40,000 bases of DNA, from positions 2,595,836 to 2,635,835 of the forward strand of contig CP024912.1 in assembly GCA_002813895.1 (NCBI GenBank), written 5' to 3'. This stretch comes from Cyanobacterium sp. HL-69 (GTDB taxonomy: Bacteria > Cyanobacteriota > Cyanobacteriia > Cyanobacteriales > Cyanobacteriaceae). Within the stretch, counting starts at the first letter, position 1. Each line of letters opens with the position of its first letter. The notes under the pieces are model-generated. The model did not search any database. It saw only the letters and a program-made list of their open reading frames with translations, and was not told the origin of the DNA. Shown here in pieces: positions 18,650-27,800 of the stretch. The translations under genes were made by a program, and so were the position numbers.

Positions 18650-19657
18650 TTATTTTTTCACAATTAATGGAGGATATTGTTCTGTTTCATTCATTAAATA
18701 TTTAGCCAATAAACGAGTCTGAATTTCAAATGCTTCTTGATAAGTACATTGTCTTTTTAAAACAGGATGTTTAAATTTTGATTGTTTTTTCTCCTCATAT
18801 AAACGCAGAAAAACTTTTAATCCTTCCTTAGTTAAAGACACAGCATTACTGAGGGGTTCAATGATAAAATCATCGGGAGTTAACTTTTGATTGTTGATTG
18901 CATTTAAAACAATAGCATCCGTAATTAATGGTCTAAATTCCTCCATTAAATCTAACGCTAAACTTGGTCTGCCATAATGGGCTACATGAAGATACCCTAA
19001 ATAAGGATCAAAACCCACAATATTAATCGCACTTTGTAAATCATGCCTTAATAAAGCATAACCTAAACTTAGTAACGAGTTAACTGGATCTGTGGGGGGA
19101 CGACGATTTCTCTTTTCAAAAGTAAATTGTTTATTTTTTATTAATTGGTTAAAACAACTAAAATAAATAGCACTTCCTGCACCTTCTAAACCTCTCAGGG
19201 AGTTTACATTGTTTTTATTCTCTAAGGCATTTATTATTTCCTGTAATTTATCACTAGAAGTTTCTAAGATTTTATTGGGTAATTGTCTATTTCTAAGTTG
19301 AATGAAATTACGATAATTTTTTAATTTCCCCCGAATAAATGCTTTAACTACATGAATAGATTTTTCTGAATTTTCTTCTACTGACCATTGAGCTTTTCTG
19401 ATAAATATATTTTTAGTTAATTCTGGTTCTAATCTACCTAAATATTTACCCGTTGTTGTCAAAAAAGTAAGGGGTATTTTTCTTATTAATAGTTCATTAA
19501 CAAGGGCTGGAGAAAAGTTTGCTCTACCTAAAATTACTAATCCATCTACCTTGATAAATGGAACTTCTAATAATTTCTTTTTATCTGCCTTTACATGGAT
19601 TCTTTCATCAATTTTTCCAATAAAAGCGTCATCTTGAGTAATATAAATTGTTCCCAT
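18650..19657 (-). CDS. cas1: Cas1 integrase
   Basis: 335 aa, GLEGAGSAIYF, PTDPVNSLLSLGYALL and DLMEEFRP motifs. Located between cas4 and cas2. Confidence 0.95.
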   Translation of the reverse strand: MGTIYITQDDAFIGKIDERIHVKADKKKLLEVPFIKVDGLVILGRANFSPALVNELLIRKIPLTFLTTTGKYLGRLEPELTKNIFIRKAQWSVEENSEKSIHVVKAFIRGKLKNYRNFIQLRNRQLPNKILETSSDKLQEIINALENKNNVNSLRGLEGAGSAIYFSCFNQLIKNKQFTFEKRNRRPPTDPVNSLLSLGYALLRHDLQSAINIVGFDPYLGYLHVAHYGRPSLALDLMEEFRPLITDAIVLNAINNQKLTPDDFIIEPLSNAVSLTKEGLKVFLRLYEEKKQSKFKHPVLKRQCTYQEAFEIQTRLLAKYLMNETEQYPPLIVKK

Positions 19658-19786
19658 TTTTTTGTTAATAATTAATATTTATAGTAACTTATGAGAGGTT
19701 ATTTAATAATGGCTAAAACCATTACTACGAATTTATTTTTCTTCTTGATAGCGATTTACTTTGTCATTTGCCATGGGCAGACAAGC

Positions 19787-20314
19787 CTAATAGAGACTGC
19801 AACCTTTACATTTTTTACTGTATTCAGCTTTAGGTATTTTTCCTTTATCAACAATCTCTTGAATTGCTGTGATAGTAGCGATCGCACTTTCTCTTAATTG
19901 ATCAATCTCTACTTCTTGCCGTTGATGGGTTTGGGCATAATAAACATAGCCAGTGTGAACCTTAGTGCCTGTCATTTCTTCTATACATAGGGCTTGGGCG
20001 ACTACCTGCAACTCATCATTTGCCCACTCTCCTTTTTTACCTCGTTTATATTCCACAGGGTAAAACATGCCATTTTCTGTCTCAATCAAGTCCGCTTTGC
20101 CAATTAATTTATATTCTTCTGACTTAAGCCAAATAGCTCTAATTTGTCGTGTTTCACCTAAGTTTAAATCTCCTACTGTATGCACTCTTTCATGGAGAGT
20201 TGTGCCGTCAATGGTATATTGATTATCTTCAAATTCATTAGTACAAAACATCCGCCAAAATCGATGGGGACAATAGGAATAATGATTTAAGGAAGCAATT
20301 TGTATGTAGTCCAT
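19787..20314 (-). CDS. cas4: Cas4 (RecB-like PD-(D/E)XK exonuclease with Fe-S cysteines)
   Basis: N-terminal Cys (YSYCPHRFW), DLIE...YPVEYKRGK nuclease core, and a C-terminal CKGCSLY cysteine cluster. Confidence 0.9.
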   Translation of the reverse strand: MDYIQIASLNHYSYCPHRFWRMFCTNEFEDNQYTIDGTTLHERVHTVGDLNLGETRQIRAIWLKSEEYKLIGKADLIETENGMFYPVEYKRGKKGEWANDELQVVAQALCIEEMTGTKVHTGYVYYAQTHQRQEVEIDQLRESAIATITAIQEIVDKGKIPKAEYSKKCKGCSLY

Positions 20315-20479
20315 AATTTACTAACTTTAAATAAATGATGAAAATTATTCATTAGATTTTTTTGTTTTATAATACTCCCAAATCATTTGTGAGAATTTTA
20401 AATTAATGTCCTCCGTTATCAAGGAGGGCTAAAGAGGATAATATTTTTATGGCTCATATAAGATCGCTAGATTAATTAT

Positions 20480-21295
20480 TTATTGTCTTGTAACTGTACC
20501 AAAACCCATCGTTGTTTTTCTTCCCAAACCACAATAAAAAGCATAATCAGCTAATACATTTAATTGTTTAATAATTGATGGTTCAACATCTCCTAATACT
20601 TTATAAGTTATCTTTCCTACGCAGCCGATAAATTTAGTTTGAGGTTGAATAACGATTTCTGTATTTATGTTGAAGTAAGCTGGAAATAAATTATCAAAAT
20701 TAGTCAAATCAATTAAAGTATTGCTGTGTTTTTGCCAACGTTTTAATAAACTGTTAAATACTAATTCTGTAGTGGGTAAAAATAGATCATATTTTCCCCG
20801 ACGAAAAGAGGTAGGAGTAACAATATTAAAAGTAAAATTACGCTCTGTTTCCGATGCTTCTTCATATATTCGTTGATAACTACAAGCATTTGCCCACGGA
20901 TGACTATCAGGAGAACACAAAACACTGGTTATTAATAGTTCTCCACTACCTAGATGATAAGGTTTATCAGGTCTTAAATTAATCCATAATTTAGTTAATT
21001 TACCAAATAAATTATCATCTAATAATGTAATTCTCCACCAACAATTAGACCCCGCTTTTATTTTACTTTGGTGTTGCCACTGCAATAAATTATCAGTCTT
21101 TTTATGATTATAATTTACTTGTAAAGGGCTGATAGTAAAAGTTTTATGGGTAGAGGATTGGTGAAAATATTCGGCTAATTCTTGATCTACTGAATTAACT
21201 AAGTTTAAAAAAAGAGCGTGTAAGTGTTTTCCTGATGTATAACCAAGGGGAATATCAGAAGTTGTCGTAAAGTTGATGACTAAACTATGGGGCAT
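20480..21295 (-). CDS. cas6: Cas6 crRNA endoribonuclease (I-D type)
   Basis: 271 aa with the C-terminal glycine-rich loop GLGRKTTMGFG typical of Cas6. Position is upstream of the adaptation genes. Confidence 0.85.
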   Translation of the reverse strand: MPHSLVINFTTTSDIPLGYTSGKHLHALFLNLVNSVDQELAEYFHQSSTHKTFTISPLQVNYNHKKTDNLLQWQHQSKIKAGSNCWWRITLLDDNLFGKLTKLWINLRPDKPYHLGSGELLITSVLCSPDSHPWANACSYQRIYEEASETERNFTFNIVTPTSFRRGKYDLFLPTTELVFNSLLKRWQKHSNTLIDLTNFDNLFPAYFNINTEIVIQPQTKFIGCVGKITYKVLGDVEPSIIKQLNVLADYAFYCGLGRKTTMGFGTVTRQ

Positions 21296-21340
21296 ATCAG
21301 TGAATAATAAATAGTTAATGATTAAATTATTGCAAAGTAA

Positions 21341-21910
21341 TCAGATTATTCCAGCTTGATCCAAAATTTGTAGAGGAGTTAAAGTTAAATTAGGTAATAA
21401 ATCATCTGTTAAACCGTCGTTATTACTTTTTGTTTGAGGAGGATAATCAGGATAAAAAATCGTTATTTTTCTTACTTTTGAATCTATAATCCAAATGTGA
21501 TCAAATACTGCATTAAGATAGTCAACTGCTTTTTCACTAAGATTACTAAAAGATTGTTCGGGAGAGATAATTTCTATAACTAATTCTGGCGCAATTGTAC
21601 AAGCAATATTTTCAAAAGATACTTGTTTTAAACGCTCATTAGAAATGTATAATAAATCAGGTACAGGACACCAATCTTTTCCTTTTCTTTTAAGGGCGAT
21701 CGCCCATTCAATCCCGATTTCTCCTTTCTTTTCTTGTAATTGATTCCACTGTTCTAATAAAAAAGATAGAGCCAAAGTAATACGAGAATGAAAACGTTTT
21801 GGAGATATTTTGGGTAGTGCTTTTCCTTCTACTAACTCATAGGTATAATTATCATTTGGTAAAGCTAGAAACTCAGATAAAGTTAAGATTTTGTTTGATA
21901 AAGTTACCAT
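21341..21910 (-). CDS. Uma2/DUF820-family PD-(D/E)XK endonuclease-like protein, inserted in the cas operon
   Basis: LSEFLALPNDNYTYELVEGK...PKRFHSRI...PDLLYIS...APELVIEIISP matches the pattern of the abundant cyanobacterial Uma2 family. Same strand as the cas genes and 45 nt upstream of cas6. Confidence 0.75.
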   Translation of the reverse strand: MVTLSNKILTLSEFLALPNDNYTYELVEGKALPKISPKRFHSRITLALSFLLEQWNQLQEKKGEIGIEWAIALKRKGKDWCPVPDLLYISNERLKQVSFENIACTIAPELVIEIISPEQSFSNLSEKAVDYLNAVFDHIWIIDSKVRKITIFYPDYPPQTKSNNDGLTDDLLPNLTLTPLQILDQAGII

Positions 21911-21929
21911 AATATTTCAACTTAATTAT

Positions 21930-22535
21930 TTAAATTAAACTCTGAACTAAAATACGCATTAACGGTTCTAAATCATCTGGTACACGATATAAGTTTAAAC
22001 CCTGTTCAATATGTTTTTTCTGACGATTTAAACGCCCAAATTGCCAAATATTGCCCGTCGTAACTGCACCTATTAATATCTCTTGACTACTCATTTTTTC
22101 CCATTGATCTAAAGCAATTAATTGAGATGTCAGCTGTGTAAAACCATAATCTAAATCTGCTTTTTTAGCTTCAATTACTAATAGTTGTTTTTCTTTCTCA
22201 ATTAGATAATCAAAATAACCCTGTAATTGTTCATTAACTTTGACTGAATACTCAATTCTGACTTCTGATTTTGTATAGTGAATCAAATCAAAAATAATTG
22301 GAGAAATTAACATTTCTCTCCTTGCCGTTTCACTATTGAGAGAAACATAGGGTAAAATTTCTTTTATTCTTTCTTTTGTATCATTAATTCGATTTAATTC
22401 TCCTTGAAATTGTGGTAAATTAAGTTCATTTCGAGAAAAATTGTAACCAAATTCTTCAGCCAAATCTCTAACTTCAATCTTCATGTCAAAGTATTTGCTA
22501 AAGGTGTAAGATTGAGTTTGATCGATAATTTTCAT
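21930..22535 (-). CDS. PD-(D/E)XK nuclease-fold protein (HsdR-N-terminal-domain-like), inserted in the cas operon
   Basis: GYFDYLIEKEKQLLVIEAKKADL gives D-x12-E-A-K, followed by GFTQLTSQLIA. The track start TTG 22556 overlaps the csc1 stop by 8 nt. The first ATG, 22535, is 13 nt after the csc1 stop. Confidence 0.6.
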   Translation of the reverse strand: MKIIDQTQSYTFSKYFDMKIEVRDLAEEFGYNFSRNELNLPQFQGELNRINDTKERIKEILPYVSLNSETARREMLISPIIFDLIHYTKSEVRIEYSVKVNEQLQGYFDYLIEKEKQLLVIEAKKADLDYGFTQLTSQLIALDQWEKMSSQEILIGAVTTGNIWQFGRLNRQKKHIEQGLNLYRVPDDLEPLMRILVQSLI

Positions 22536-22548
22536 AGTTATGACCTGA

Positions 22549-23298
22549 TTATTCAAAACGATAATTCATATTTACTGGTATGTTAATCAATTGTTTAGAG
22601 TTTTCATCAAGACTGATTTGATAATAATCCCCTTTCATGGTGACATTTTTTATTAGGCTAACGGGAGGCATATTAACTACGTCATAACTGATTAATTCAT
22701 TCGTAAACATTACATCTAAAGGATTAAGAGGGTAAATATAAGTAAAATCTCCATTTTTCATTTGTGGTGTATGAATTTCTTGAATGCTAATTTCTGCTTT
22801 ACTCATCCATTTGCCCAATCTAATAAATTTAGGTAATTTCCATTGCCAAATATGAGAAGCACTATCTTTTCGTAAGGAGTTATTACTAATAATAAAACAC
22901 TCAAATTTACTTTCTGGTGCAATTTCTTTATTTCTCCCAAAACTAGGAATATTTTTTTGAGTTTTTTCCATTTCTACATGATAATTATTGTTAGCATATT
23001 TCCATGTATTCAGTACAGATGTATGATAAAGACTTCTTGCTGGAGTAACATAAATTCTCTGTTGATTTAAAAAGGTTAAATGTTGTTTATACTTGGGAAT
23101 TTGTTCCGCACAAAAATAAGTATATGAATTTTCCTCATCAACAGTTGTTTTATATTTTTTACTATCAACAAATCCTAAAGCATAGCAAAGACTGTAATTA
23201 TGTAATATTGCTTCTGTTTCATATAATCTCCCTATTTCACGGGTAGCATAGTAAAGATTATCGTGAAGTTCAATTTCACAGCGATAAATATTTGTCAT
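22549..23298 (-). CDS. cas5d: Csc1 / Cas5d (type I-D Cascade subunit)
   Basis: 249 aa. The N-terminus YRCEIELHDNLYYATREIGRLYETEAILHNYSLCYALGF is typical of Csc1. Located directly after csc2. Confidence 0.85.
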   Translation of the reverse strand: MTNIYRCEIELHDNLYYATREIGRLYETEAILHNYSLCYALGFVDSKKYKTTVDEENSYTYFCAEQIPKYKQHLTFLNQQRIYVTPARSLYHTSVLNTWKYANNNYHVEMEKTQKNIPSFGRNKEIAPESKFECFIISNNSLRKDSASHIWQWKLPKFIRLGKWMSKAEISIQEIHTPQMKNGDFTYIYPLNPLDVMFTNELISYDVVNMPPVSLIKNVTMKGDYYQISLDENSKQLINIPVNMNYRFE

Positions 23299-23327
23299 AG
23301 CAATAATTTTAATTTATTTTTTAATGG

Positions 23328-23354
23328 TTTGTGGTGGGTGTTACCCACCACAAA
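23328..23354 (-). promoter_or_regulatory. Strong intercistronic stem-loop between cas7d and cas5d
   Basis: TTTGTGGTGGGT-GTT-ACCCACCACAAA, an 11-12 bp perfect stem. It starts 4 nt after the cas7d stop and ends 30 nt before the cas5d ATG. Confidence 0.7.
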
Positions 23355-23358
23355 TTTT

Positions 23359-24378
23359 TTATTTTTTAGTCGTTTTTTTCTTATTTTCTTGCTTGCCTTT
23401 TATATGTTTTTTCGCATAGGCTTTGGTTTCATCGTCAGCTTGTTTTAACACTGCTTTTAATTGCTCTTCGTCAGTAATAATTGCTTTTATCTCTGTTAAT
23501 AGTTCCTTGAAAGAGTCACCTATAAAATCGGTGTGAACGATAAATTCATCTCTCATTAAATGTGCGATCGCCTCTTGAGCAGATTTCATAACATCATCTT
23601 CATTTAAAGGATCAATATCATTAAATTTATTGTCTTTTTTTAAATGATCATAAATGGCTTGTGTCCAACGTAGATTACTAACGATTTCACCGTCGGCAAA
23701 AATAACTCCAATTAATTCATTTTTCACTTTACCTGTGCGAGTAGTTTGGGCTCCATAATGACGAGTTCTTAAAATATTATTAAAAACATATAAAAAACTT
23801 GCTTCAGTAGGATCTTTTAGAGTGATAATACTGGGAAAAAATATTTGTGGTTTAATATGATCTTGTTGATTAATTCGACTTGTTACCTCACCCGGTTTAC
23901 TTCCTTCTTCTCCTTTGGATGCCATTGTGCCGTTTTCGTAAGGAGCATTAAGAGTAAAAGTTTCGTGAGATTCATCAAAAGAAGTAATCGAGAAAGCCGT
24001 ATCAACTACAACTTTCGATTTTTCTGAACCAGAATCACCAATAGCAAATCCATATATAATCGAGTCAGGGTTATCCATGGCAAACTTGACATTATATTCG
24101 CATTCTTCTGCTGTCATAAAACCGTAATGACGCATCAATTCACGCCCCATCAAACGCTCAGGGGATGATTGTTTTCTCTTAAACATGGCAAGGCGAGTAA
24201 TGGGAGTTTTATCTTCAATGCCTACACTAACTCTGGCTTTATTTAATTCTTCATCAGTTTGAAATAAGGGATAAGATTCTGTAACTCGAATAGTAAGAAA
24301 ATGAACGTATTTTCCCATGGGTTTATAAGAAATTTCACTGTGAAAATATTTAGAATCGATAGTATTTAAAAAAGACAT
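23359..24378 (-). CDS. cas7d: Csc2 / Cas7d (type I-D Cascade backbone subunit)
   Basis: 339 aa in the position between cas10d and csc1. RAMP-like G-rich segments (FAIGDSGSEKS). Strong SD AAGGAG 8 nt before ATG 24378. Confidence 0.85.
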   Translation of the reverse strand: MSFLNTIDSKYFHSEISYKPMGKYVHFLTIRVTESYPLFQTDEELNKARVSVGIEDKTPITRLAMFKRKQSSPERLMGRELMRHYGFMTAEECEYNVKFAMDNPDSIIYGFAIGDSGSEKSKVVVDTAFSITSFDESHETFTLNAPYENGTMASKGEEGSKPGEVTSRINQQDHIKPQIFFPSIITLKDPTEASFLYVFNNILRTRHYGAQTTRTGKVKNELIGVIFADGEIVSNLRWTQAIYDHLKKDNKFNDIDPLNEDDVMKSAQEAIAHLMRDEFIVHTDFIGDSFKELLTEIKAIITDEEQLKAVLKQADDETKAYAKKHIKGKQENKKKTTKK

Positions 24379-24451
24379 AGTTTTTCTCCTTAGTTTGTTA
24401 ATAAATTTGTTAGTTGATGAATAGATAAAAATGACTGAACTTCATTGATTA

Positions 24452-24745
24452 TTACTCTTCTGAATTATCATTATTTTTACTTAATTCTTGAGATTGTTTT
24501 TGTTGAAATTCTTTATCATTTTCTAAGCGATAAAGAAACTCGCAAGTGTCTCGAATAATATTTAATTGTCGCCCTGCTAGACGGGCGCGATCGCCCTTAA
24601 ATGCCCCAAATAAAACCTCCTTTACAAAGTAATTAGCAAAATCTAAAATAGCTTGTCTTTCTTCATCTTTTTTCGCAATAATCCAACGTCCTTCGGCAGT
24701 AGAAGAATGTACTCTTTGCATTAACTTAAAAATTCTTGCACCCAC
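24452..24745 (-). CDS. cas11d: Cas11d-like small-subunit region (normally the 3' part of cas10d), in the +1 frame relative to cas10d
   Basis: The listed ORF starts at GTG 24745, but the same frame is open and protein-like back to 24916, overlapping the cas10d tail. Position and size (about 154 open codons) fit the Cas11d region of I-D large-subunit genes. Confidence 0.55.
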   Translation of the reverse strand: MGARIFKLMQRVHSSTAEGRWIIAKKDEERQAILDFANYFVKEVLFGAFKGDRARLAGRQLNIIRDTCEFLYRLENDKEFQQKQSQELSKNNDNSEE

Positions 24746-24866
24746 TTCATAAATTAAGGCTTCTTCATTTTTTGAAATAGCTTTATCGACAGTTAAAATA
24801 ACATCGGCTGCTTCATCGATAGGTTTAAGAATGGCATTCGCTTTAATGGGATTTCCTTTACTAGAT

Positions 24867-27800
24867 TTAGCTCGATAAAATTTGCGATAAAGTAAGGTTA
24901 AATTTAAAGGGTGATTCTATTTGCATAATAAATTCCTCTTTTTCAGGATGAAAGATTATATATGGATCAAAACAGGGATAAAAATGATAAGCATAGAGCT
25001 TAATTTTCTTAATTCCTGTGCTGTCTAATTTTTGTTTACGAACCCATTTATTGAGATAAGAAAAAACCATTAAAGGAGTGGTTTCTAAATCCCTTGCAAG
25101 TTCGGTTAACTTACCCCAATTCGGGTCATAACCATTTTTAGTTTGTCTAGCATTAACATCAAGATGGATAGCATAAGAAGCCGTGAGAATATTTAAAGGA
25201 GAAGCATAATTTTTATGATTTTCTTGCCAACCTTCTAAAATATAATCAAGACGAAATCTATCCCTTTTTGCTAAACTTTTGATGCTAATAGGTGGACTAT
25301 CTAAAAAGACCGTTTCATGAAATTCTGAACCATCAATAAAGGGTGGAATTGGTGACTCAGAAACGGCTACTTTTACATCTAAAATCATAGGAAATGCAAA
25401 ACCTAACCATGTGGGCATAATCCATGATTCAGTATCACTTACTTTTTTTTCTTTTCCTTTTTTTTCTGGGGGTAATGCAATGAAATAAAATGTTAAAGGT
25501 TGATTTTCAGGATAGGATAATTTGAAGGTTTTATCTATGGTTTTAGAATTATCATTATCTAAATGGAAAATGTCCATAGTTTGATAATTCTCTAAACTAA
25601 AATCTGCCTGTAAATCTTTACTAATGAAATGATTACGAATACCAGTATCAAAACGAGTTTGCCGAATATTATCATAAGCCTTATGTAAAAATGTGTTAGT
25701 TTCAGGAGTACAATAATAGGTCGGATAAAAGTAAAGATAGCGATATTTTGCTTCTTCAAAGTTTTTACCAATAGCTTGAGTTTGACTCATTAAAATTTGT
25801 CTTAACATCATCTCTAGTCCTGCAATACTAGATATATTTCTTGTTGCATTGGAACCTCCTAACATTTGTTTATTAGTATAAACTTGAGGCATGAATAAAA
25901 CGGCGGATTCTCTTTGTTCTGTCACGGTATAAGCTGAATGAGAAATAGAACAAATTTGTTGTTTGCCACGCCCTGATTTTTTTGCTAGTTGATAATTATT
26001 TAACTCCTCTAACAACTTATGATTAATGATATTTTTTGACTCTTTTTTAGGTAACATTATTACTTGTGTAACCCATGATTTTAAATCTTGCCAACCATCA
26101 TCAATATTATATTTTTCCTTTATAGGATTAATTATGGTTTTTAAATATTCAATTAATTCTAAGCAAGGGTTTCTAATATTTTCTATTCCTTGATTTTTTT
26201 CTAAATATTTGACGGCTAAATAGTACCATTCATAAGGAACTCCTCCAGTGTTTCCGTTCAAGTTGTTATCCCTTAGTTTTTGATTAATATTTTGAATACT
26301 ATTAATCGCAGGTAAATGCTCAGATAAGTTCCAAAATTCAACAATTTTTTGAATTAATACTTCAGATGTTAACTCAAGATTAGGAAGTTCAGGTAAGTCT
26401 TTATTGTTTTTCCTTTGAGCTTTATTTTCTTTAATTAATTCTGTGATTTTTTCTACTTTTGTTCCCCAAATTTTACGAGTTATTGTATCGCCAAATTCAG
26501 CTATTCGATCAATTCTAATATCATCAGAGAATTGAAAGTTATAACAACTAGGTAAAATTTCTTGTTGCTGAAATTTAACTAGATTTTCACTACGACTAGC
26601 GGAAACAGGGGTTTTTTTATCGTGAAGAATCTTAATGGTTGCATCGAGGGCAACTTCCATTAAACTAATATCATCAAAGAATAGCTCATAATAATCAGGA
26701 TACTTAATGCCTTTACCATCACGGTTAAATCCTGTTTGACGTTTTTTGAGTTCATCACTACAAAGAGATTTAATCTTATCAACAACTAATAAGGGAATAT
26801 CATCTTTACTGATATTAGGTGCATGACGATCGCACAAATAAACTACTCCTGTGGGTAAATAAAGTAAAGGATAATAGTATTTTTGTTCGTTTGTATTGAG
26901 ATTAGTGTGGGCATCGATTAAAGCATTGTTAAGGATATTGGTTAAAACACCTCTATTTTCGGCAATACTATGATAGGAAAGTTTTAACTGTCGATTACTA
27001 AGTCGCCCAACTAAATCGTTAATACTTGGCTGTAATGCGTCTTGGGGATGTTTGATGATTGACGCAAAACGATCTGCTAAACAGGATAAATAAGCGAGGG
27101 AGTTTAATTTATCTCCTGTTAATTTCGGTGTTAAGTCGCTATTACTGGATAAATTCCAGTTGGTGTCATAACGGGTTTGAGTGTTATAAGCTATGAATAA
27201 AATATCGTCTAAATATTCTAAGTAGCTGTCTGAATTTTCTGGATCAATGAGTCGATCGAGATTAAGATATTTAATGATAACGGTAATAATTTCCCGATGT
27301 TGGGCAACGGATAAATCCCTGATTTTTTTACTTTCTTCTTTTTGCAAGTCGATATATTTTTGGGGCATTTCAGGGAAACGACTATAATCAAATTTTTCAA
27401 AGTCATGAAGAATGAAACCTGCTGTTGATAATCGTCTTTCTTTTTCTTTGATGACTCGTCTAATGGTGGTGTCTAATTTCTGTAATTCTTTTTGAATTAA
27501 ATTAGCAGGAAATAAGCCATTTAAAAGATGAGTATTGAGAGATTGATCACTTAATGCCCTTTTACTTTTAATTCCTTCGGCTAACTTCTTCTCAATCCAT
27601 TTCCCCCCTTTAGCAGTTACACCGACAGCAACTTTCAACAAATTAGGCAATACATATTCGGCAAAATCTGCCATGACAATATCATCAGGATTTTGTTTGA
27701 TAATCGCTTCTTGTAAAAGTTTAAGGGTAATTAATTCTCTTTTTGGAGGTGCGATGGTGCGATCGCTATTTTCCCACTCATCACCTAAATTAAATTCATC

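Noticed and set aside
23263-23448. 61-aa plus-strand ORF spanning the cas5d/cas7d junction
   Set aside because: It is antisense to two cas genes and reads through the intercistronic hairpin. The F/L-rich translation is typical of AT-rich antisense frames.
24895-24910. TTTAAAT-type slippery heptamer in the cas10d/cas11d overlap as a -1 programmed frameshift site
   Set aside because: The downstream frame is +1 (equivalently -2) relative to cas10d, not -1, so a classical X_XXY_YYZ -1 slip cannot join the two frames.
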